Origin: Pyrobaculum aerophilum str. IM2 | Lineage (GTDB): Archaea; Thermoproteota; Thermoprotei; Thermoproteales; Thermoproteaceae | NCBI RefSeq assembly: GCF_000007225.1 | Contig: NC_003364.1 | Location: 2,070,001 to 2,102,000 of the forward strand | DNA: 32,000 nucleotides | Reading direction: 5' to 3' | Part shown: piece after piece, positions 1 through 8,432 of the stretch | How the letters are laid out: the number at the start of each line of letters is the position of its first letter | Position numbering within the stretch: the first letter of the stretch is position 1 | Made by a program: the position numbers and the translations under genes | The notes under the pieces: model-generated | Seen by the model: the letters and a program-made list of their open reading frames with translations, nothing else | Database searches by the model: none | What the model was told of the DNA's origin: nothing

Positions 1-159
1 GTAGGGGTCGCAACAATTCAATTACTTGTTTATACTCCTGGAAAAACTGAGGATCTAGATCCGGATTAGTGGTCTCCCTCACAAGAGCTGCCTTAACGCC
101 GTGGGGTAACTCCGTCGGCCCCGGCGTGAGAATTCTGCGTTGGGCAAAGCGTTTAAACA

Positions 160-645
160 CTATTTCCTAAGATATGCAACTATAAATATTGCTAAGGCGA
201 TTATTAGTGCAAATACGCCTAGTGCCGCTATGTAGACGCTTTGAGGATCCGCCTCTCTCACAATTTTAGTCTCTGTTACTGTATAAGTCTCGGTGACAGT
301 CACCGGCCTAATTGCCGTCTCAGCGACAGTTTTAATAGCCGTAGAGGTTATTACCTCAGTGGCGGTAATTGTAGACGTTTTCGTCGTTGTTACGGTTATA
401 GTTGCCGGCGCGTTGGACATGTTGCCGACAATTTCAACTTTCCAAGGCGAGGGGGCGGCCATGTGAAAAACTAGTTTTATGATATAGTCGTCGCATGGGT
501 TCAAGCCCCGTATGGACAACGTCTTTGAGATCGTGTAGTTATTGCTGTGGAAAACAGCCGCTATAGTGTTAAACGTTATGGATCTAAGGGTTAAAACTGC
601 GGTGGATCGCTGGTAAGAAGTAGTCCGGTTTAAGACGTATATCAT
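160..645 (-). CDS. Predicted surface protein with Thr-rich stalk and C-terminal transmembrane anchor, function unknown
   Basis: The ORF track gives 160..687. I prefer the internal ATG at 645 because it overlaps the stop of the upstream ORF as ATGA (plus strand 642-645 = tcat). The C-terminus has a T/V/I-rich linker (TITVTTTKTSTITATEV...TETYTVTETKIVREAD), then a hydrophobic helix (AALGVFALIIALAIFIVAY) and a basic tail (LRK). There are several N-x-S/T sequons. Confidence 0.6.
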   Translation of the reverse strand: MIYVLNRTTSYQRSTAVLTLRSITFNTIAAVFHSNNYTISKTLSIRGLNPCDDYIIKLVFHMAAPSPWKVEIVGNMSNAPATITVTTTKTSTITATEVITSTAIKTVAETAIRPVTVTETYTVTETKIVREADPQSVYIAALGVFALIIALAIFIVAYLRK

Positions 646-962
646 CGGCGTCGCGCTACAAGTGGCGTTTCGAGGACCCACCCCCATATCTCAATTCTAT
701 CAACCTCTACGCCGTTGTGATAAAGCACGAGCGCAACGGCGCTGGAGGCGTAGGGAATGGAACATATATTATACGCCTCTGTCCCGTTTCCCACGTTACA
801 AGCTCCCTGCCAGCCGCCATCATACCAGTACAGCTTTAAGGCCCCGGCACCGCCGCTCACGTGCGCCCACACGTCGAGATACAGCCACTGCGGCTCCATA
901 CAAAGGCATCGTTTCAGGACAATGACGGCGTTGTCAATATAAGGAGTGGCCGATAAAGACAT
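642..962 (-). CDS. Hypothetical protein (106 aa), translationally coupled to the downstream anchored protein
   Basis: ORF track. Its stop overlaps the ATG of the next gene (ATGA). It contains one N-x-T sequon and several Cys and Trp residues. I recognise no family. Confidence 0.45.
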   Translation of the reverse strand: MSLSATPYIDNAVIVLKRCLCMEPQWLYLDVWAHVSGGAGALKLYWYDGGWQGACNVGNGTEAYNICSIPYASSAVALVLYHNGVEVDRIEIWGWVLETPLVARRR

Positions 963-1009
963 AACTTAATATCAGTAGGAACAAAAGAGTCTTTACGCTT
1001 TGCAAGATG

Positions 1010-1219
1010 CTAATTTTTAAAAACTTGTAGTGCGTGTTCAATTTGATCCTCTAGGAACCACTCTAGTATATAGTCAAGCTTGTTAGCTAGGTACACGGCC
1101 TTTTTATACGCCTTTTCCCAAGAGGCGTATTTACCGATGAGCGCCCAGCCGTTTTCTACAATTTTGAATTTAGTTACGAGAACTCTTTCCTCTTTGGGAT
1201 TTAGATACACCCGGTACAT
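1010..1219 (-). CDS. Small hypothetical protein (about 69 aa)
   Basis: The ORF track gives 1010..1420, but the 5' part overlaps mobA by 116 nt. An internal ATG at 1219 (MYRVYLNPKEE...) lies about 19-26 nt downstream of an A/T box (minus-strand ttttaaat, plus 1238-1245). This matches the leaderless spacing seen elsewhere in the window. Confidence 0.4.
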   Translation of the reverse strand: MYRVYLNPKEERVLVTKFKIVENGWALIGKYASWEKAYKKAVYLANKLDYILEWFLEDQIEHALQVFKN

Positions 1220-1304
1220 ATACGTATACGTACACTGATTTAAAAAGCCGCGGTAATACGGCTTCCAATTATCTTCTGAGTATATTAAAACTTTTTGTTT
1301 ACTC

Positions 1305-2099
1305 TTACCGCGCTTTTTCGATGTCCACAGCGCTATAAATAGCCTCTGCAAGCACAGCGAATCCTCTGAAAATAGAGGAGAGATCCTTAGCCACATGAGC
1401 CGCCATTGAGAGAAGGCCAACTTCTACATACTTAAAGAACTCCTCCCGGAGGGGATCTACCTCCCCCCCGCCCAACCATTTAAACAACGGCGGATCGGGC
1501 CAGGAGAGGAGGATATCCCTTAGGAATACCTCTTCACCTAAGGTGACAGCCATCCCCTCTAAGTCAGCCGGCCTATTTACGTTAAGCAACCAGGCGGGCT
1601 CTATGCCGTGCTGAGCCGTCGAGAGGAATAAAGTGGGAGTTGTCCTAAACAAGTCGTCAAGTCTATTCCGCTTGTGTAAAGCCAAGGCGTTGAGTACGGG
1701 CTTAACCGCTTCGGGACTCGCCTTAAAAATAGTGGACTCGACACGGCCGTTTGGAAAGACCCATACGGCGACTGGGGCGCGGGCGCTGAGGAGATCCTCA
1801 AAAACCCTGGGCTTTACATTAGGAACGTCGCAGGGCGCGAATAAAAGTTCTTCATTAAACATATTTACGGCGGCATCAACCGCGGCCAAAGGCCCTGAGA
1901 ATCGGGCGCTGTCTTGTAAGATCCTCTCCCCGGGATATAGGGAGGCGTTATTGCCAGCGGCAATCACCACGCCATCGGCCACTTCTCTACCCGCCTCAAT
2001 AACGTAGTCTATAAGCCGCCTCCCCCCTATTTGGTAAGTGCACTTCTCCCGTCCAAATCTCCTTGACCGTCCGCCAGCGAATACCACTAGAAGCGCCAT
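1305..2099 (-). CDS. mobA: Molybdenum cofactor guanylyltransferase (MobA-like) with a C-terminal extension of about 70 aa
   Basis: The N-terminus MALLVVFAGGRSRRFGREK matches the MobA nucleotide-binding signature (LAGGxSxRMG-type). A NTP-transferase-fold sequence follows. Mo-cofactor genes (two moeA) lie in the same window. Confidence 0.75.
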   Translation of the reverse strand: MALLVVFAGGRSRRFGREKCTYQIGGRRLIDYVIEAGREVADGVVIAAGNNASLYPGERILQDSARFSGPLAAVDAAVNMFNEELLFAPCDVPNVKPRVFEDLLSARAPVAVWVFPNGRVESTIFKASPEAVKPVLNALALHKRNRLDDLFRTTPTLFLSTAQHGIEPAWLLNVNRPADLEGMAVTLGEEVFLRDILLSWPDPPLFKWLGGGEVDPLREEFFKYVEVGLLSMAAHVAKDLSSIFRGFAVLAEAIYSAVDIEKAR

Positions 2100-2120
2100 T
2101 TACATAACGGGAGGCAGTGA

Positions 2121-2130
2121 TATTTAAAAA
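2121..2130. promoter_or_regulatory. Shared A/T (TATA-like) box between divergent mobA and amylopullulanase genes
   Basis: tatttaaaaa is centred about 26 nt from both the mobA start (2099) and ATG 2150. Confidence 0.45.
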
Positions 2131-2149
2131 TTCATCATTACAGTTTTAT

Positions 2150-5149
2150 ATGAAATGGACATTTCTCCTAACACTCTTTGTAATATTCCTAGCGGCGGAG
2201 CCTATTAATATTATTTTTATTTTCCACAACCACCAGCCGTGGTACCTAGATTTTTCAAAAAACGAATTGGCGTTGCCGTGGGTGAGAATGCACGCGGTTG
2301 GCAATTATTTAAAAGTCCCCCTTCTTATAAACCAAAGCGGCGTCTCCGTGGCGTTCACGCTCTCAGGAAGCCTTATAGAGCAGTTAAACTGGTACTCCAA
2401 CGGGACATACACCGACGCCAGATTTCGCATTTCTGAAAAAATCGCAAGGGGGGAGCCCTTAACTATTGAGGAGAAATACGCCATGTTGGCCGTGCCAGGA
2501 GGGTTTTTCGATATCAACTGGCAAAACATCTTAAACAAACATCCCAGATATGCAGTATTGCTGGGAGTTAGAAACGACGCGTTTAATAAATGCCCGCCTG
2601 GCAACATGACTTGTGTAGTTTCGAGATTTAGCGACCAAGATTTTATAGATCTCGCAACTCTGTTTAACCTCCTCTGGATAGATCCCTATATAGCGAGACA
2701 GAACCCAGAGATATGGGCTTTGAGAAATAAAACTAACTACACCAGGGAAGATCTCAAAAAAGTATTACAAATACACTTAGAGCTCATAAAACAAGTGCTC
2801 CCTGTCTATAAAAAATTGGCTGAACAGGGGAGAATTGAACTGGTGCCAGTGCCGTATTCCCATCCTTTAATGCCGCTATTAGCCGATATGGGCGCTATTT
2901 ACGACTTAAAACTTCACGTAAATCTCTCCAATAGCCTCTTTAAGAGATATTTGGGCGTCACGCCCACTGGCGTATGGCCGCCTGAGCAAGCAGTTAACGA
3001 CGAGGTATTGAGGCTATTCGCCAATGCCGGGTATATCTGGACTGTGACCGACGAAGATGTTTTAAAGGCCACAGCGCCCGGCGCCAGTCACTTTAAGCTC
3101 TATTTTGTCCAATACGGCGATCGCAAGCTATACGTCTTCTTCAGGGATAAGACGCTTTCAGACAACATTGGGTTTAGATATTCTTCATTAAGCCCTGAAG
3201 CGGCCTTAGCCGATTTCGTTAACTATTTAAAACGCGTGCCCAGGGAGAAATGCTCAGTAGTAGTAATTGCGCTAGACGGGGAAAACCCCTGGGAGAACTA
3301 CCCCAATTTCGGCGACGACTTCCTCAGAGTCTTCTTCCAGGGCTTGGCGCAGTTGGAGAAGAACGGCACCGTGAAGATATGGAAGCCTAGCGATTTTATA
3401 AAAGCGTGTGGCAACGAAGCGGCGGAGTTGCCTCAAAGAGAATTTAAGTACTTCGACTTGCACTTAGATCTCTCGTTTTATAAGTCAATAAGAGATCTCC
3501 CAACGCGTTTAGTTAATGGGAGGATTGCCGAGGGCTCTTGGTCAGGCGGCGGCAGTCTTGCGGTGTGGATAGGGGATCCGGATGAAAACGTGTGGTGGAT
3601 GTGGTTAAAAAAAGCGAGAGAGGAGGTGGGCGTAAACCGCACGTGGGATGTAATATTCCCGTTGTTAATAGCCGAGGCTAGTGACTGGCCTTTCTGGTAC
3701 GGCGGCGACATGGGGTCGCCGATTACCTTCGACCCAATCGCCAAATCGGCTTTAATAACATACTATAAGCGCGCGGGGCTTGAGCCGCCCCGGTATTTAC
3801 TATCCCCGGCTTATCCTGCGGGCACGCCGCGGGAGGATAAGGTGGCGGGCAGGGGAGACGGGAGAATAAGGACGTATCAAGGCTTAACGGTCCATGTAAA
3901 TACCACTCACATATGGGCAGAGGGCGCGCCATGCGGCGTTTTGTACATATCAAATCCTGATATTCCCAGATCGCCGTATATATTTAGAGGGGCTGTCAGG
4001 GGGATATACGGCGAGAGTTTAAACATAATAGCCGACATGGCCATTGACACTTGTAGCGGAGTTGTATATCTGTCAGACGGCGGCGTGTTCTACCCTGTGG
4101 GCAGAGCCGCATCGCTGAGCTTCATTGGGGCCAGGCCAGGAGGCCGGCTTTACTTGGAGTTTAAAGGATTAGTTTACATAGTAAACATACCAGAGGCAGA
4201 GGTTGCCCAGCAACTCCTGTTAAAAGCCGCCGATCCTGTGGGCGACGACTTCGGGCCTGGAAGATATCAATATCCCAAAAACCCAGTTTTTAAACCAGGG
4301 GTGTTTGATCTCACAGAGTTTTCTCTTTACGACGTGGGGGACAAATTAAGATTTGTCTTTAAAGTCAGGGAGCTGGGGGACAACCCATGGGGCGGGCCCG
4401 CCGGTTTTTCCTTACAGTTTTTCCACGTCTATATTAATAGGGGGAGCGGCAGTAGAAACGACACGCTCGGGCTAAGAGTTGCTTTGTGTAGAGACGCGGC
4501 TTGGGACGTAGCCCTACTCATAGGGCCTGGCTGGAGCGGAGGTAATAGAATAGTTTACTCAGACAATACTTATGTAGACGACGCCATGTCAATAAAAGTA
4601 GCCCCTAATAATACTGTTGTTGCAGACGTGCCTAAGAGATACATAGGGGAGTTTAATAGTAGTTGGAAAATTACTGTATTTTTAACATCGTGGGACGGCT
4701 ATGGGCCTGATAATATTAGGAACTTCGGCGTAGTTTCCGATGAATGGACTGCAGGCGGCGCAGACCCCGTCGCCGTGTTGGCTAACGTAGCGCCTAGAGT
4801 TTTTGACCTCCTTGCGGAGACGGCTGAGCAACAAATTAAGGCTTTGACATCTTATCAAGTCACGAGATTGCCTAATGGCACATATTTGGGAAGGCCGACG
4901 AGGGTATGCGCATACATCTCCGGGGGTAAAGCGACAGAGACTTACACAGTTACGCAAACTATCACTATTACACAGACAGAGGTGTCCACAACAACGAAGA
5001 CTATCGCCACAAGGGAGACAATTACGTCAACATATGTAACGACGGCCACACAAGTCATTAAAGAGGCCGACTGGACAACTGCCTCTTTAATAGGCATACT
5101 GGCATTAACAATCGGCCTAGTTGCAGGCTTATTAACTAGGCGAAGATAA
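2150..5149 (+). CDS. apu: GH57-family amylopullulanase / alpha-amylase, secreted, with glucodextranase-like C-domain, Thr-rich stalk and C-terminal TM anchor
   Basis: GH57 conserved regions are seen in order: FHNHQP, GRIELVPVPYSHP, GVWPPEQAV (nucleophile-Glu region), ALDGENPWE, AEASDWPFWYG. The PVGDDFGPGRYQYP...FDL...NPWGGPAGFSLQ block resembles the glucodextranase-like C-terminal domain. The ORF track starts at GTG 2117. I prefer ATG 2150 (MKWTFLLTLFVIFLAAEP, signal-like) because the A/T box at 2121-2130 sits 20-29 nt upstream. Confidence 0.9.
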   Translation: MKWTFLLTLFVIFLAAEPINIIFIFHNHQPWYLDFSKNELALPWVRMHAVGNYLKVPLLINQSGVSVAFTLSGSLIEQLNWYSNGTYTDARFRISEKIARGEPLTIEEKYAMLAVPGGFFDINWQNILNKHPRYAVLLGVRNDAFNKCPPGNMTCVVSRFSDQDFIDLATLFNLLWIDPYIARQNPEIWALRNKTNYTREDLKKVLQIHLELIKQVLPVYKKLAEQGRIELVPVPYSHPLMPLLADMGAIYDLKLHVNLSNSLFKRYLGVTPTGVWPPEQAVNDEVLRLFANAGYIWTVTDEDVLKATAPGASHFKLYFVQYGDRKLYVFFRDKTLSDNIGFRYSSLSPEAALADFVNYLKRVPREKCSVVVIALDGENPWENYPNFGDDFLRVFFQGLAQLEKNGTVKIWKPSDFIKACGNEAAELPQREFKYFDLHLDLSFYKSIRDLPTRLVNGRIAEGSWSGGGSLAVWIGDPDENVWWMWLKKAREEVGVNRTWDVIFPLLIAEASDWPFWYGGDMGSPITFDPIAKSALITYYKRAGLEPPRYLLSPAYPAGTPREDKVAGRGDGRIRTYQGLTVHVNTTHIWAEGAPCGVLYISNPDIPRSPYIFRGAVRGIYGESLNIIADMAIDTCSGVVYLSDGGVFYPVGRAASLSFIGARPGGRLYLEFKGLVYIVNIPEAEVAQQLLLKAADPVGDDFGPGRYQYPKNPVFKPGVFDLTEFSLYDVGDKLRFVFKVRELGDNPWGGPAGFSLQFFHVYINRGSGSRNDTLGLRVALCRDAAWDVALLIGPGWSGGNRIVYSDNTYVDDAMSIKVAPNNTVVADVPKRYIGEFNSSWKITVFLTSWDGYGPDNIRNFGVVSDEWTAGGADPVAVLANVAPRVFDLLAETAEQQIKALTSYQVTRLPNGTYLGRPTRVCAYISGGKATETYTVTQTITITQTEVSTTTKTIATRETITSTYVTTATQVIKEADWTTASLIGILALTIGLVAGLLTRRR

Positions 5150-5150
5150 T

Positions 5151-5160
5151 CTATAAAAAC
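5151..5160 (+). promoter_or_regulatory. TATA-like box for the SBP/permease operon
   Basis: ctataaaaac is centred about 26 nt upstream of ATG 5181. Confidence 0.45.
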
Positions 5161-5180
5161 TATAATTTTCTATATTGGAC

Positions 5181-6455
5181 ATGAACAGAAATCTCTTAAT
5201 AAGTCTAATTATAGCGTTAATCATAATAGCCGTAGCCGTTGGCTACATATCAACTAGGCCGTCTCCAACTCCGACAACGAGTCCCTCGCCAACCTCCACG
5301 CCAAGTCCCTCGCCGACAATATCTCAAACCACGCCGACGCCTACAACTCCGCCTCCTGCACAAAAAGTAACTATTAGGATATGGCATGCCCTTAACCCAG
5401 AGGAGGAGTCTGTGTTTAAACAAATAGCAGCGATGTATACACAAACGCATCCAAACGTCCAAATAGTTTTTGAAAATAAGGCTCCAGATTTGCAAACTGC
5501 TGTTTTAGCAGCTATATCAACCGGGGAGAAGTTCGACCTCTTTATATGGGCTCACGACTGGATTGGATTAATGGTAGAAGCCGGCGTATTAAAGCCTGTT
5601 GATAACGAAGTAGCCGACGTGTTGTCGAGATTTTCGGCGCCTATACCTCAGTATAAAGGCCACATATACGGCCTGCCCTTTGCTGCCGAAACAGTTGCGT
5701 TAATATGTAATAAGCAAATGGTGTCACAACCGCCTAAGACCTTTGCCGATTTATTGGCGATTATGCGTCAATTTAACAAGCCGCCGCAGACTTATGGAAT
5801 AGCTTATGTTGTGAACCCCTATTTCATATCGGCGTGGATTCACGGCGCTGGCGGTTATTATTTTGACGACGAGACAGAAAAACAGGGGCTGACAGATCCC
5901 AAGTCAATAGCAGGATTCACTTTCTTTAAGTCCTACATTATGCCCTACGTAGGCCCCAATCCCACTGATTACAACACTCAAGTAAATCTCTTCCTGTCGG
6001 GACAGGCGCCGTGTATGGTCAATGGGCCTTGGAGCATAGGCGCTGTTAAGCAGAGGGGAATTGACGTATTTGTGGCGCCACTGCCCCCTGTAAATGCCAC
6101 GTATATCCCCAAGCCCTATGGGGGGATGAAAATGTTCTACGTGACGATATATGCGTCTAAAGAGGCAATAGACTTTATGAAGTGGTTTACCACAGACCCA
6201 CAAGTCGCCAAGATATTAATGGATCAACTGGGATATGTGCCAGTGATTAAAGATGTCCAGATACAAGATCCGGTGGTGCAGGGATTTTACGAGGCGGTGA
6301 AAAACATATACTTAATGCCAGTGTCGCCTAAGATGCAGCCCGTATGGGGAACTGTTGACTTAATAATACAAAACTCCATAGTGTCAGATCAGAAAACTAT
6401 CTCCCTAGCTGTTAATGATGCCGTTAAAGATTTATGCGCCAGAGGCCTCTGTTAA
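5181..6455 (+). CDS. ABC sugar (maltose/maltodextrin-type) substrate-binding protein with N-terminal TM anchor and Ser/Thr/Pro-rich linker
   Basis: Family-1 SBP-like sequence (KVTIRIWHALNPEE...FDLFIWAHDWIG...) follows a TM helix and an STP-rich run (PSPTPTTSPSPTSTPSPSPT...). It lies directly upstream of two permease genes. ATG 5181 is 21-30 nt downstream of ctataaaaac (5151-5160). The ORF track starts at TTG 5175. Confidence 0.85.
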   Translation: MNRNLLISLIIALIIIAVAVGYISTRPSPTPTTSPSPTSTPSPSPTISQTTPTPTTPPPAQKVTIRIWHALNPEEESVFKQIAAMYTQTHPNVQIVFENKAPDLQTAVLAAISTGEKFDLFIWAHDWIGLMVEAGVLKPVDNEVADVLSRFSAPIPQYKGHIYGLPFAAETVALICNKQMVSQPPKTFADLLAIMRQFNKPPQTYGIAYVVNPYFISAWIHGAGGYYFDDETEKQGLTDPKSIAGFTFFKSYIMPYVGPNPTDYNTQVNLFLSGQAPCMVNGPWSIGAVKQRGIDVFVAPLPPVNATYIPKPYGGMKMFYVTIYASKEAIDFMKWFTTDPQVAKILMDQLGYVPVIKDVQIQDPVVQGFYEAVKNIYLMPVSPKMQPVWGTVDLIIQNSIVSDQKTISLAVNDAVKDLCARGLC

Positions 6456-7379
6456 ATGAAGCCCCAATGGTTAATATTGCCGGGGCTTCTACTTTTCCTC
6501 TTTTTTAACATCTGGCCAATTGTCTTCTCTATATACATATCTTTTACTAACGCTAACATCAAGAATTTCCCCCCGCCCCCTCCATGGGCCCCTGAGGAAT
6601 TAAAACAAGCCAGGCCGCCGCCCGACTTCACGGGGCTTTCCAATTACGCCTCTATCTTTTTAGGGCCAGCCTCAGCCGGATTTATTGGCGCCGTGTTTTG
6701 GAGTTTAGTATTTGTCGCATTGTCCGTGCTTGCAAAGGTTGCCCTGGGCACTTTTATCGGTTTGTTGATGTCCTCAGATAAAGTCTTGGGGAAATCGGCA
6801 ATGCGCGCCTTATTAATAGTACCCTGGGCCCTCCCCCTTATATTATCAGTAGTGGCGTGGCGTTATGTTTTTGATCCCACTTATGGCGTTGTAAACCAGT
6901 TGTTATATTCTCTCGGCGTATCCAAGCCTCCTGACTGGTTTGTAAATAAAGATTATGCATACGCGGCGATGGTGGTAATAGAGGCATGGCTTGCATATCC
7001 CTTTATTATGACTGTAGTAATTGGCGCCTTGGCCAACGTCCCGAGGGCGGCATACGAGGCCGCTTATATAGATGGGGCGGGCAGATGGACTATTTTTCTA
7101 CAAGTAACTCTGCCTCTTATAAAAAGGCCTCTTATTTACGCGACGGTAATGACGACGGCGGCTTCATTGCAGTTCTTCCTAGTAGCCTATTTGTGGAATT
7201 TTATCCAGTTATACGACCGCTTTATACTAGCCTACGGCTATTACTGGGCCTTCGGTTCGCCTTTTAGAGAATACGGACTAGCCGCGGCGGTTTTAACGCT
7301 GTCTGCATTGATAATTTCAGCGTTTATGATCGTGGCAATAAAACTCACAGGGTTAATGAAGGGGATGTATGAGGGCTAG
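6456..7379 (+). CDS. ABC sugar transporter permease (MalF-like)
   Basis: Multi-TM protein with an EAA-type loop (EAAYIDGAGRWTIFLQVTLP). It starts 1 nt after the SBP stop. It carries a Pro-rich insertion (PPPPPWAPEELKQARPPPDF) after TM1. Confidence 0.9.
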   Translation: MKPQWLILPGLLLFLFFNIWPIVFSIYISFTNANIKNFPPPPPWAPEELKQARPPPDFTGLSNYASIFLGPASAGFIGAVFWSLVFVALSVLAKVALGTFIGLLMSSDKVLGKSAMRALLIVPWALPLILSVVAWRYVFDPTYGVVNQLLYSLGVSKPPDWFVNKDYAYAAMVVIEAWLAYPFIMTVVIGALANVPRAAYEAAYIDGAGRWTIFLQVTLPLIKRPLIYATVMTTAASLQFFLVAYLWNFIQLYDRFILAYGYYWAFGSPFREYGLAAAVLTLSALIISAFMIVAIKLTGLMKGMYEG

Positions 7380-8175
7380 CCTTTTACAAACCACGACGGC
7401 TGTAATAGCTACTGCGTTGCTCTTTTACCCAGTATTTCAGATAATTCTACTGTCACTGAACAAACTGCCCTATTTTAGAATCGGCGGCGAGTTCATACCC
7501 ACATTAGACTCATTTATGTGGGTGTTACAACAGCCAGAATTTTGGAGAGGCCTTTTAAACAGCTTAATAGTCTCGCTGGCCACTGTGGCTATAGTAATTG
7601 CTTTGTCGTTGCCAGGCGCATACGCCTTTAGTAGATATAGATTTAAGGGAAGAGACTCGTTACTTTCCTTCTACGTAGTTTTTACGCAGATGGCAGGCGG
7701 GCTCGGAATAGCTGGCTTAATAGCGCTATTTGCAATAGTATCTGCCCTGGGTTTAAGAAACAACCTCTTAGCGCTTGCCGTGATTTATGCCGCTGGCGCC
7801 ATACCGTATCACACTTGGCTACTTAAAACTTACATAGATACCATCCCTAAGTCTGCGGAAGAAGCGGCATTAATAGACGGGGCTGGCATCAATACCCTCT
7901 TGATAAGAGTAGTGCTTCCGCTAATGGCCCCCGCGCTCGCCGTGTCTGCAATACTTACTTTTATCGGCGCGTGGGGGGAGTTAATCCTGGCAAATTTATT
8001 CCTCTCCGGCGAAAACAGGACGTTAATCTTGTGGATTTACTCGCTAATGTCTAACGTGTACTCCGTACAGTGGAATCGTTTTGCGGCAGCTGCGCTACTA
8101 TATGCAATACCCCCAGTGGCTTTATACGTCGTTTTGCAGAAATTCCTCAGGAGAGGCCTTGCCTTTGTCTACTAG
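7369..8175 (+). CDS. ABC sugar transporter permease (MalG-like)
   Basis: Multi-TM protein with an EAA loop (EEAALIDGAGINTLLIRVVLP). It overlaps the preceding permease by 11 nt. Confidence 0.9.
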   Translation: MRASLLQTTTAVIATALLFYPVFQIILLSLNKLPYFRIGGEFIPTLDSFMWVLQQPEFWRGLLNSLIVSLATVAIVIALSLPGAYAFSRYRFKGRDSLLSFYVVFTQMAGGLGIAGLIALFAIVSALGLRNNLLALAVIYAAGAIPYHTWLLKTYIDTIPKSAEEAALIDGAGINTLLIRVVLPLMAPALAVSAILTFIGAWGELILANLFLSGENRTLILWIYSLMSNVYSVQWNRFAAAALLYAIPPVALYVVLQKFLRRGLAFVY

Positions 8176-8432
8176 CCCCACTCTATAATATACTCAAACC
8201 TCTCGGCGTACCACCGCGCTGCCCTCATGGCCAGGACTTCGCTTTTAAACCTCGCCACCGGCTCCCACCCCTCTTCCACTAATTCTAAATCAACCTCCTT
8301 TCTGGCAACGAAGATCCTCCCCGCTTTAATAAAGAGCGTGGGCACGGCCACCTCTAATGACTGTTTTAAATGCCTAACAGGCAATTTAACCGAAAGACTT
8401 TCTAATTGGTTGAATCGAGAAGGACTCCACAA
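8172..8432 (-). CDS. Hypothetical protein (86 aa), possibly the displaced 3' part of the upstream ORF
   Basis: ORF track. It overlaps ORF 8386..8814 by 47 nt in another frame. The segment VPTLFIKAGRIF resembles the C-terminal strand region of thioredoxin-fold proteins, but no CxxC motif is present. Confidence 0.35.
   Translation of the reverse strand: MWSPSRFNQLESLSVKLPVRHLKQSLEVAVPTLFIKAGRIFVARKEVDLELVEEGWEPVARFKSEVLAMRAARWYAERFEYIIEWG

Noticed and set aside
43-62. The 9-mer ctgaggatc occurs near both 43-51 and 16246-16254, and a 12-nt perfect palindrome ggatctagatcc lies at 51-62.
   Set aside because: A single 9-mer repeat in 32 kb on two strands is within chance expectation. There is no further shared flanking sequence, so I do not call a repeat family.
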